Below the pieces are notes generated by a model. The model saw only the letters and a program-made list of their open reading frames with translations, did not search any database and was not told the DNA's origin. Both the position numbers and the translations under genes were made by a program. From a virus, in the IMG/VR virus record IMGVR_UViG_3300015370_000568, positions 67,085 to 131,084 of that record: DNA of 64,000 nucleotides; one strand, 5' to 3'. Shown one piece after another: positions 49,062-57,342 of this stretch. Positions within the stretch are counted from its first letter, which is position 1. Every line of letters begins with the position of its first letter.

Positions 49062-52000
49062 TTAGAATTGCCCTCGCATTTCTTTCAATTGGTCGGCCAC
49101 ATCATATTCAAGATTCACATTCACTTCATTCTGATTTCCCATTCCTCGATGCATAGAAATCATAGCTGTCGAGATATCAAGGTCAGTCATAAGACTTTTC
49201 AAACGTCCTTCGACCTCCCACTTACTCATTGTACCCCGAAAATCTTCTACTGCATCTTCGTTAATATATGACTTGTAAGGCATTGTTAGCATACGGTCAG
49301 GCCATAAACCATAATCGTGCATATCCATACCTTCGTCAGTGATATACTTCATAGCCACATCATCTAAATCGACCTGAGGTAAGAAGCCTATCCACGAAGG
49401 TCCTGGCATAGAGAACCCTAGTTCTTTAACTCTTTCAGCTATCTTTCTACGTCTAAACCAATCAGCATAGTTTTCTCCTTGGATTCTTGTAGAAAGGAAT
49501 TCACCATATAAATCTTCATCAATGGGAAAACCTTCTGTCTTGACAGCTTCTTGAATACCAGCAATCTGTTCTTCAGCCTCGGCCTGAGACATACCTACTA
49601 GAGTATCGTTTCTAATAGAGTCTCGTAAGGCATCCATATACTTCAAATGCCATTGGCCGACAAGGAGAGGTTTTTCTACTTCAGGAACTATTTGAAGAAT
49701 TCGATTTTTCTCTTCGTCTAATGTCACATCAGAAAAGGCTCTGAAGTAATCTCTCTCAGAAGAAGGAATAGACCTGTATAATTGAGATAGATTGCGGCCC
49801 ATGACATTAACACCAGTAAGAGTAGTCCGCCGCAAATCTTCATATTGATTGGCCGCTTCTTGATTTCCTTGCTCAACAGCCACTCTCTTTAATCTTGTAT
49901 ACTTGACATATTTCAAAATATCGAAGAACTCAGAAACACCTCTTTGTTCTTGAACAGCAGTAGGAATACCTTGCCAGCCAAAAGCATTAGCTGTCTGCAT
50001 GAAAAAAGGTTTGATGAAGTCTGAATAAGGTGAACCCCACATAGCAATCTTGGGGCCATACAGGACTTCTCTTTCATATGCTTGAATAGAAGTTCGCATA
50101 TGAAGTAATTTGGACGCAGGAGCTAAAGGAGTCAAAGCTTCTAGAGGAGTCTCTAAAGCCAGACCAATAGTTTCCCAGTAAGTCCCTAATGTTCTACCAA
50201 AGAGACCTACTCCTTCTCCTCGTTGAGCTCGTTTCCTGGATTCAAGAAGCATATCTCTGGCAGATTCAGTGCCTCGGCCATATCTTTCTTCATAGAAGCG
50301 AGTCCCTTGTTTTTGTTCTTCTACTTGGCTTCTTATCTTTTCATACCAAGCAGTCTCATCTTCTGTTAATTGTCCCTGTTTAACAGCTCTAACCATCTCT
50401 CTCTGAGTAGCTTTGAACTGAGTAGAATATGGTGCTGACCGGGCCAGTACATAATACTGCCAGGGAAGAGGATAATCTTCAGGAGCTACTCCTTCTAATT
50501 CAGGATGAATAGCAGCTAACCCAGGACCAGGCAGCAGAGCCTCGCCCATGGGTATTTTCATGAAAGGGTCACCATGAAGAAAATCAGGTGACCTTTCTCC
50601 AGGCCCAGGCATCCATTCTGGCATCTGGTTTCTAATAGGTGGTTCTATTCTAGGTATCTGTCTTTGTTTATGAGGATAGAGTCTGCGCCACCATTCTGTT
50701 ACTCCAACAGGGTCACCCATTTGGCCTTCCCAGAAACTTCTGAGTTCTTCTCCTCCATACATAGCTCCAGCAGTTCTGAGTCTAGCTTCTTGGTCCCACC
50801 AGCCCGGTCTTCCAGTAACTGCTTCTTTAACAGATTCCAACATGAAACCTGGTAGTCCAACGACTTCCTGCATCCGGTACATCTGTTCGCCTAACATATC
50901 TGTCAGGCCGCCTTCAGGACGTAAAGCTCCTGGACCTGTACCTCCTAATCCAGGAACAGAAGGAGTTTGTCTACCAGCAGGATAAAGAGTTCCACCGCCA
51001 CCAGTCCATTCATCTGTATGATAATACTTGGCCGGTTTCACTATTTGTCCTAGAGTACCAGCTAACAAGGGACCGAAAATTGGTACGTCCGCAAAAGCAG
51101 GACCCGATTGGCCGTAGGGCCTATCTTCATAATGGAGGTCCTCGAGATGATAAGTAAAGTTTTGTAAGAACCATTTCATGAATGGACTTGTAGGGTCTCC
51201 CCATACTCCTGCTTCTTCTGGTTTGAAACGAGTAAGAGCAGCCCAATGAGGACGAAATTGCATAATTCTTTCGCCTTCATAGCTTGACCTGCCTGCAGGC
51301 CACCATCTGCCTTTTCTTATTGGTACATCTTCTTCACCGGAAAGTTGTCTCCAAAGAGAATCTGGTCGTTCAGAAGGAATAAGAGCGCCGGGAAGAAAAG
51401 GAAGAACTAAAGCTGCTCCAGCAGCTGCTCCTAACCAACCACGAAGACTTGTTGGTGATTTGGCTCTAAGTATATCTCCTACCTTGCCTAATTGTCTACT
51501 AAGCCATCCAGGTTGTTGGCCAGTAAGGTATTTGCCGCTATAGAGTTTATCCATAGCCCAGCCCATGACTTTTCCTTGATAGTCACGTCGGCCAAGAGCA
51601 CCTTTTACACTACGCTCAATGAAATGACCCATTCGGCCTTCGAAACGAACAGCTCTTTGTTCAGCTTCAATAGCCATCTTCTCTAATTGAGCTTGATGTT
51701 CAGCTGAAAGAAATTCTACTTTGCTCCACTTTCTAAAATCTCGGGCTTGGCCTTGTAATAGGTCAAGAGCTCTTTTATGAGGTTCAGTCATCTGTTTATA
51801 GATTCTTTGTTTATGTAGATAACCAGCCGTCATACCCATAAAAGCACCAGCTGCTGGGAAAGCCGCAAGATGAGTCAGACTTGTAGAACCTGGAGCTGCT
51901 TCTTCTTGCCATTCTCTAATGGCATGTAGACCTGTATATTCAGCCGCTGTTGAAAGAGCAATCTGTCCTAACATATAACTCTTAGCAACCCAAGCATTGA

Positions 52001-53075
52001 TACCTTCAGTACCTAATTCTCTTGTTGCCCAATCAACAGTATTCCAGGCACCAATAACCAGTGGCAGCCCAACACCTAACTTGAGTCCTAATTTGCCCCA
52101 AGTCTTCCATGCCTTGGTATGAGTTTCAATTACTCGTCCGCCAGGACCTATCATTCTTTCAACACCAAGGCCGAAAGGACGAAGAAATTCTGGCATCTGA
52201 CGTTCTAATCCTTTACGTACTCTCTTTGCTCCAGGGATATATTTCTCGGCAACATCAGTCATTTGCCAGAGAAGTCTATTGAATCTTTGAGATATATCAG
52301 TAGCCACGCCACCAAACATTCTTTGGGCAGCTTCTCGTTTAGTTTTTCCTCCTGTAAGAATAAAGTGTTCACGCATCATTAAATCGCCAGAACCAATACC
52401 TTGACCTAAATACTGGAATTCACTAGGAACAGGAATCTTCTTTCCACCTCTGACTTTTTCAAAGAACGCTTCACCTGAATAAGCACCAGGAATAATACCT
52501 AGACCGCCACGAGCATAAGATTCCATTGCTCGAGTAGGACCTCGAGACATCAAAGGAGTGCGGAGAATACCTGCATGTTCCAGAAGAACTTCTCCTGCTG
52601 TTCCTTGTCCAGCAAAGACTTTCCCCTTAGCAAAAGTTGCCCCTTGCTCGATGAGAGCTGTTTCCTGAGCCGCAGATAGCCCCATTAGCTCACGATAATA
52701 GCCACCAAGGGGAGACCCTTGACCTGTCAGCCATTGTCCCCATTGTGTTCCAGGAATAAACCTGGCAGCTTGACCTTCAGAGCCAAAACCAGATAGCCAG
52801 GTAGAAGCCTGAAAAGTACGAAGAATTTTAGCCGGCGACCGTTCTTCTAAGAACCGTATCCCTTTGAGATACTGGTCCCAAATATTACCACCTCTGTAGG
52901 AAGCTCTACCTATAGCAGCAATAGCTCCTACACCACCAAAAAACTTGGTCCATTGCCAAAGAGGATTATCGTATGGTACTTGTTGTTCGCCCGTTCCTAA
53001 AACAGGCTGAGGCTGAAGGGGAGAAATATCCCAGGCCCCACTATCTCCCATTCGAAATGTGGAAGGTTGTAACAT
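49062..53075 (-). CDS. Tape-measure-like protein
   Basis: 1337 aa, Gly/Ala-rich with several hydrophobic segments, directly after the chaperone-like genes. Confidence 0.62.
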   Translation of the reverse strand: MLQPSTFRMGDSGAWDISPLQPQPVLGTGEQQVPYDNPLWQWTKFFGGVGAIAAIGRASYRGGNIWDQYLKGIRFLEERSPAKILRTFQASTWLSGFGSEGQAARFIPGTQWGQWLTGQGSPLGGYYRELMGLSAAQETALIEQGATFAKGKVFAGQGTAGEVLLEHAGILRTPLMSRGPTRAMESYARGGLGIIPGAYSGEAFFEKVRGGKKIPVPSEFQYLGQGIGSGDLMMREHFILTGGKTKREAAQRMFGGVATDISQRFNRLLWQMTDVAEKYIPGAKRVRKGLERQMPEFLRPFGLGVERMIGPGGRVIETHTKAWKTWGKLGLKLGVGLPLVIGAWNTVDWATRELGTEGINAWVAKSYMLGQIALSTAAEYTGLHAIREWQEEAAPGSTSLTHLAAFPAAGAFMGMTAGYLHKQRIYKQMTEPHKRALDLLQGQARDFRKWSKVEFLSAEHQAQLEKMAIEAEQRAVRFEGRMGHFIERSVKGALGRRDYQGKVMGWAMDKLYSGKYLTGQQPGWLSRQLGKVGDILRAKSPTSLRGWLGAAAGAALVLPFLPGALIPSERPDSLWRQLSGEEDVPIRKGRWWPAGRSSYEGERIMQFRPHWAALTRFKPEEAGVWGDPTSPFMKWFLQNFTYHLEDLHYEDRPYGQSGPAFADVPIFGPLLAGTLGQIVKPAKYYHTDEWTGGGGTLYPAGRQTPSVPGLGGTGPGALRPEGGLTDMLGEQMYRMQEVVGLPGFMLESVKEAVTGRPGWWDQEARLRTAGAMYGGEELRSFWEGQMGDPVGVTEWWRRLYPHKQRQIPRIEPPIRNQMPEWMPGPGERSPDFLHGDPFMKIPMGEALLPGPGLAAIHPELEGVAPEDYPLPWQYYVLARSAPYSTQFKATQREMVRAVKQGQLTEDETAWYEKIRSQVEEQKQGTRFYEERYGRGTESARDMLLESRKRAQRGEGVGLFGRTLGTYWETIGLALETPLEALTPLAPASKLLHMRTSIQAYEREVLYGPKIAMWGSPYSDFIKPFFMQTANAFGWQGIPTAVQEQRGVSEFFDILKYVKYTRLKRVAVEQGNQEAANQYEDLRRTTLTGVNVMGRNLSQLYRSIPSSERDYFRAFSDVTLDEEKNRILQIVPEVEKPLLVGQWHLKYMDALRDSIRNDTLVGMSQAEAEEQIAGIQEAVKTEGFPIDEDLYGEFLSTRIQGENYADWFRRRKIAERVKELGFSMPGPSWIGFLPQVDLDDVAMKYITDEGMDMHDYGLWPDRMLTMPYKSYINEDAVEDFRGTMSKWEVEGRLKSLMTDLDISTAMISMHRGMGNQNEVNVNLEYDVADQLKEMRGQF

Positions 53076-53079
53076 ACTT

Positions 53080-53091
53080 CTATTATACTAC
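53080..53091 (-). promoter_or_regulatory. Putative -10 element; possible leaderless transcript for 49062..53075
   Basis: TATAAT at 53082-53087 lies 6 nt before the ATG, with no Shine-Dalgarno sequence in between. Confidence 0.45.
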
Positions 53092-54215
53092 TTTTGAGCA
53101 TTATCAAGAGGCTTCTGTCTGCGAGTTCGACGGAACAAGTCAGCATGGGCTACCTTAGCTGTCTTGATATAGTCTGCCCGAAGCTTTCTTTGTTTTCCCC
53201 TCGCTTCTATTCTATCCCAAGCTCCCATAGTTCCTGCTATTTCTTGATTAGCACCACTGATATCTATCTCTTTGCCATCAAGAGTCTGGAACTTGAGCAT
53301 CTCGGGAGGAAATACTTGTTCAGGTGCTAACTCTTCTAAAGGAATAGAAGTCTCTGGTGGTATCTGGTCTTTGGGAATTCCTGACAATTTTTGTAAACCA
53401 GTTCTCTTCTTGGCCATTTTCTGTCTTGGAGTCTCTTTAGGTTGAGCCGGGGTATCAACTATTTTGACTTCACCTTTCTTCTTATTCCATCTCCCAGTAT
53501 TAGCCTTCTCTGCTTCAATAGCCCGAGCTACCATTTCTCTACGTTTAGCCAAAACTTCTGGCGGAATATCTTTTCCCTTATGTTGCGGTGCTACAGGCAT
53601 CTCTGGAATACTCTGCATGCCACCAGGCATCTGATTAGCAACAGGCGGTATATTAACTCCGAAAATTCCTTGTTTCTTCTTCTCTTCTTTGGGTGATTCT
53701 AACTGTTTGATTTCAATAGGAGCTTTTAATAATCCCCGTTCAAGAAGAAGTAATTGTGCCCTAGCCAGTAATTTCAATATCTCGGCCCAAGACTTCTGGT
53801 CAAGAACATCTGGCGTATAAGTAGGAAACGCCATAAAGATTACTCTAGTAATATTGTCATACAAATCCTCATTATATACACCCATGAAATGATTAACAAA
53901 ACCTTGAGTTTCTTCAGCACTTTGTGGGCCTGAAATAGCAAGGATTTGTTGAGCTATAGCAGTAACAGTTCCGGCACTAATATAGTGAGGGTAGCGGTCT
54001 TTGAATAGAGAGTCTCGGACACAATGTTGAAAGACAGCATTTTCTACTTCAGCTGAAGTAAGAAAACCTCTCTGAACAAGCTCTTGAAAACGAAGAAAGA
54101 CTCTATAAGGAAGAGGAGAGACAAGAACATCTGTTCCGTCAGCTAACGAAACAAGAAACAGCTCTTCTTCTTGAAACTTTAGTTCAGCAGCTTTTTCTTG
54201 AAGAGTAAGAGGCAC
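53088..54215 (-). CDS. Tail assembly chaperone-like protein with charged/Pro-rich C-terminal extension
   Basis: N-terminal domain resembles 54225..54632; lies between the tube and tape-measure genes. Confidence 0.55.
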   Translation of the reverse strand: MPLTLQEKAAELKFQEEELFLVSLADGTDVLVSPLPYRVFLRFQELVQRGFLTSAEVENAVFQHCVRDSLFKDRYPHYISAGTVTAIAQQILAISGPQSAEETQGFVNHFMGVYNEDLYDNITRVIFMAFPTYTPDVLDQKSWAEILKLLARAQLLLLERGLLKAPIEIKQLESPKEEKKKQGIFGVNIPPVANQMPGGMQSIPEMPVAPQHKGKDIPPEVLAKRREMVARAIEAEKANTGRWNKKKGEVKIVDTPAQPKETPRQKMAKKRTGLQKLSGIPKDQIPPETSIPLEELAPEQVFPPEMLKFQTLDGKEIDISGANQEIAGTMGAWDRIEARGKQRKLRADYIKTAKVAHADLFRRTRRQKPLDNAQK

Positions 54216-54224
54216 ACGATTAGC

Positions 54225-54632
54225 CTAAAGCTTTACAGTCAGAATAGAAGCTACTTGTGGAGGCATGAAAGCTGAGTGTTCCATAATCGTATTTGCGTAC
54301 GAAGCAAAAAGACCAGCCTTCTTCTCCATCTCAGAATCAGATAGACTCTTCCAAAGAGTCACTGCCTTGATAGTCTCAACCTCTTGGTCTACTTCAGGAT
54401 TCTCAGCTACTAGCCGATTGAGCTTTGTCCATAAAGGACGAGAGATAGGATGGAAGATAAACATTTCTGTTTCGGATGCAGCAAAGACAAAAATCTCTCC
54501 ATGTTCTGCCTTCCAAGCATCTAGAGTTTCTTTATCAGGCTTTGATGTAATCTGATTAAGAAGATTCTTAATGTCCGGTGGTGCCGGGGGTGTATTTTCC
54601 GTAGTTTCAGTTACTTGAGCTTCGTCAGTCAT
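54225..54632 (-). CDS. Tail assembly chaperone
   Basis: WKAEHGEIF...FIFHPISR...AG...IMEHSAF pattern; position after the tube genes; GGAGG ribosome-binding site. Confidence 0.65.
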   Translation of the reverse strand: MTDEAQVTETTENTPPAPPDIKNLLNQITSKPDKETLDAWKAEHGEIFVFAASETEMFIFHPISRPLWTKLNRLVAENPEVDQEVETIKAVTLWKSLSDSEMEKKAGLFASYANTIMEHSAFMPPQVASILTVKL

Positions 54633-54651
54633 TTGGTTCCTCCATCTATCT

Positions 54652-54681
54652 AGTTTAAGAGAGGTGTATAGCAGTCGTCAA
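54652..54681 (-). promoter_or_regulatory. Putative sigma70-type promoter TTGACG-N18-TAAACT
   Basis: Located in a 57-bp intergenic gap upstream of the chaperone gene. Confidence 0.5.
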
Positions 54682-54689
54682 GAGGGAAA

Positions 54690-55526
54690 TTAGAGTTTAT
54701 CTTGGGCGAGGAAGGAATAAACTTCCAAAACATTCTCTCCACCAGGAGAAACTTGTATCTCTGAACCTAAGAGTTTTACTCCTATGAGCTTTTGTACTGT
54801 ATGATTCTTCAAATTTCCCTGGGAAAAATCGCCAAAAGTTACCCAAAGTTCAAAAGGTCCCCAATGTGGGTCAGTTGCTTTTCGATATGGAGTATAAGTT
54901 GGATTACCACCTTCAGGATAAGCTATTTGTCCAGCAACATCTCCATCTTTTTTACTTCCCCAGAGCATATCTTCATATGTCTCCCAGAAGTTTTCTGCTG
55001 CCTGGTCAAAAGGTTTACCCCATGCATTTGTTTTAGTTAACATCCCAGCAATTGAATGAGTAAACTCTGTCAACTCTTCATTCTGACTTCCCCGAGCTTC
55101 TTTGTTCACAAAAGTCTGTCCACTTCCACTAGGACGACCTTCAGCCGGTTTACTCTGTCCATTGAGCTGACAAAGACGTTCAATAGTAGCCCGCATTACA
55201 TCATGACTACCATTATCATTAGCAGATACTAATGGCCCTATCTCCCCTTGTCCTTGTAAAATATTCCATAAGTCTCTATATCGCTTCAAGATAAGATATA
55301 AGTAGCCGGATTCTTTGAAGTTAATAGCAAACTGGCCAGTGATTGAGATAAATCCATTTGTAGTAGCATCATATCTTCTCGAAGCATAACCATAAACCGG
55401 TTGCACATTTTCGTTAACTGAGTAGGCAAATTGAACTACTTCATCTACAAGAACATCACCAATGAATACACCGACTTGAGCACCAGAAAAATATTCATTA
55501 TCGTAAACAGAAACAGTAACTGGCAT
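54690..55526 (-). CDS. Tail tube-family protein (minor paralogue)
   Basis: YFSGAQV...AYSVNENVQPVYGY...ITGQFAINF...YSFLAQD. Confidence 0.7.
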   Translation of the reverse strand: MPVTVSVYDNEYFSGAQVGVFIGDVLVDEVVQFAYSVNENVQPVYGYASRRYDATTNGFISITGQFAINFKESGYLYLILKRYRDLWNILQGQGEIGPLVSANDNGSHDVMRATIERLCQLNGQSKPAEGRPSGSGQTFVNKEARGSQNEELTEFTHSIAGMLTKTNAWGKPFDQAAENFWETYEDMLWGSKKDGDVAGQIAYPEGGNPTYTPYRKATDPHWGPFELWVTFGDFSQGNLKNHTVQKLIGVKLLGSEIQVSPGGENVLEVYSFLAQDKL

Positions 55527-55536
55527 AACACTGCTC

Positions 55537-56487
55537 CTAGAGGAATGGATTCATTCTATTCCGATATCGGGCATAATCAACATCTTCAATGAGTTTAGAC
55601 CCTGTCAAGGACCAAGGCTTATTTACTGCTTGTGGCTTAGCTTGTGCATCAAAAGCACGTAATGGGTCCCAATCTCGTGCTATATATTGAAGTTGTGTCT
55701 CAGTCAATAAGTCTTCAACTGAAATAGTCATGCCCTCATTAACAAATTCTACTCCATAAAGAACCATTCTAGAAATGAACCCATATTCATTAGCTGCTAC
55801 AAGAGTAAGGTCCATAGGAGGTAATTGGTCAGGAAGTTGATAGACTGCATTATCAAACCCTTCAAATCGGTTGGTAATGTTCTCCATAAGAATCCTGAAT
55901 GGATGCTCATTGAATACAGTACAAATCATTGTCCCAGCAATTGTTCTTGTTCCGCGTGTATATCCTTTAGCCCCGGAAGCTAATAGAGCTCGAACAGGTA
56001 CTTTCTCTCTATGTGAAGAAACAGATAAAGTCTGAGCAGTTGTTAGTTCTAAGAAAGCAATAGATTCATTTTCGTAGATTATAGTATCAGCTCCACTTGT
56101 AAGAACAGCAATTTGTTGCTCTAAAGCTTCTCTCTGAGCCCACAAAGTAGTACGTTCATCAGCAGAAAAGGAAGGAAGCAATAGTTGATCCATTACTAAT
56201 GCGCTTTGAACTAATAGTTTCTCTGCTCTAGCTCTATTAGCCTCATCTATCTTCTCTTTAATATCTCGAAGAAGACCTCCTGCATTATAGATATTCAAAA
56301 GGATTCTAACATCAGTACCAGAAAAACTACTATTACCTGCAGCCCATATACTTCCTGTTTCTTTTACTCGGACGGGAAGATTCTGATAGTCTTTGATATC
56401 ACGAACCCCATAACTACTCCATTGTGAAGGCAAAGCAGAAGGAAGAATCTGTCTAGTCCCTACTGCATCAGAAGACCAAATAGTCAC
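55537..56487 (-). CDS. Tail tube-family protein with coiled-coil insertion
   Basis: SFSGTDV, QTLSVSSHREKVPVRAL...RGTRTIAGTMI, DQLPPMDLTLVAANEYG, QYIARD. Confidence 0.75.
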   Translation of the reverse strand: MTIWSSDAVGTRQILPSALPSQWSSYGVRDIKDYQNLPVRVKETGSIWAAGNSSFSGTDVRILLNIYNAGGLLRDIKEKIDEANRARAEKLLVQSALVMDQLLLPSFSADERTTLWAQREALEQQIAVLTSGADTIIYENESIAFLELTTAQTLSVSSHREKVPVRALLASGAKGYTRGTRTIAGTMICTVFNEHPFRILMENITNRFEGFDNAVYQLPDQLPPMDLTLVAANEYGFISRMVLYGVEFVNEGMTISVEDLLTETQLQYIARDWDPLRAFDAQAKPQAVNKPWSLTGSKLIEDVDYARYRNRMNPFL

Positions 56488-56499
56488 TTTTAGCCTCGC

Positions 56500-56545
56500 A
56501 GAAAGAAAGAATCCGGGGAGTCTTTATTTAGACTCACCTGGATTC
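56500..56545 (-). terminator. Rho-independent terminator after the major tube gene
   Basis: Minus strand reads GAATCCAGGTGAGTCT-AAATAA-AGACTCCCCGGATTC followed by TTTCTTTCT. Confidence 0.7.
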
Positions 56546-56590
56546 AGAATAACATGGAAGAGAGTTATTGACTAGTCGTTATTGGGATTA

Positions 56591-57307
56591 CTATTTTGCA
56601 CCAGCATAAAGCTGACGGGGATCTGGATTTTCGACAACAAACCACTTAGTTACATCGCGGGCAACATAAGTCATTTGCTCTTCAGATACAATATCATCAA
56701 TAGAAACTCCATAACCTTCATTAAGAGTCTCTACTCCCCAAACCTTCATTACCGCAATAGCTCCATACTCATTAGCAGCTGCCAAGGTAATGTCAAACGG
56801 AGGTACTTGGTCTGCATACCAAGCAGGACGATAATTACCTGAAAGACCAATTCCTGCTCCTTCAAGAACATTTGTAGTAGAAACCGAAGCCCCACCTAGA
56901 GCAGTTACTGATCCTGGAATCGGATTGCCTGCCGCATCCCCAAAAGCTTTCGTTAAAGCAAGATCATCAAAATTCGTTCCCTGAGTAGGTCCTTCCCATA
57001 AATCTGACGATCCAGGAACAAGTTCATCATTATCAGCAAAGAACTGCATATTCATATTTTTCATTGCCGACATCATACCTGATTGGTCGAACATGATGAA
57101 AATCAGAGTACCAGCAATTCCTCGCTTACCACGAGCGAAAGCTCTTGGATTAGGACTGCCCATAGTATAGACAGGGCCTTTCTCTCGAGTAATTGAATAG
57201 GAAATAGCCTGAAGTTCTCCAACTACAGCCGATCCAAATACTGCCTTGATATCAGTCCCAGAGAAGCTGTTGTAGCTTCGTGCATATGGACTAGCTTGCT
57301 GCGCCAT
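56591..57307 (-). CDS. Major tail tube protein
   Basis: SFSGTDIKAVF...LQAISYSITREKGPVYTMG...RGKRGIAGTLIF...PPFDITLAAANEYG; directly after the sheath; strong AGAGGAGG ribosome-binding site. Confidence 0.82.
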   Translation of the reverse strand: MAQQASPYARSYNSFSGTDIKAVFGSAVVGELQAISYSITREKGPVYTMGSPNPRAFARGKRGIAGTLIFIMFDQSGMMSAMKNMNMQFFADNDELVPGSSDLWEGPTQGTNFDDLALTKAFGDAAGNPIPGSVTALGGASVSTTNVLEGAGIGLSGNYRPAWYADQVPPFDITLAAANEYGAIAVMKVWGVETLNEGYGVSIDDIVSEEQMTYVARDVTKWFVVENPDPRQLYAGAK

Positions 57308-57342
57308 TCTTTAGTTCCTCCTCTTACCTTTATCTTTGCACA

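Noticed and set aside
17841-49064. Stop-codon reassignment (TAG read as Gln), suggested by in-frame stop/start junctions at 20082, 27247 and 33396 (TAG) and at 25450 and 49062 (TAA)
   Set aside because: Genes up to 5.8 kb are intact under code 11, coding density is already near complete, recognisable proteins end naturally at TAG, and the junctions also occur with TAA.
54216-54260. Programmed -1 frameshift between chaperone genes
   Set aside because: The end of the first gene (ACT GTA AAG CTT TAG) has no canonical slippery heptamer, and the second gene has its own chaperone-like domain.
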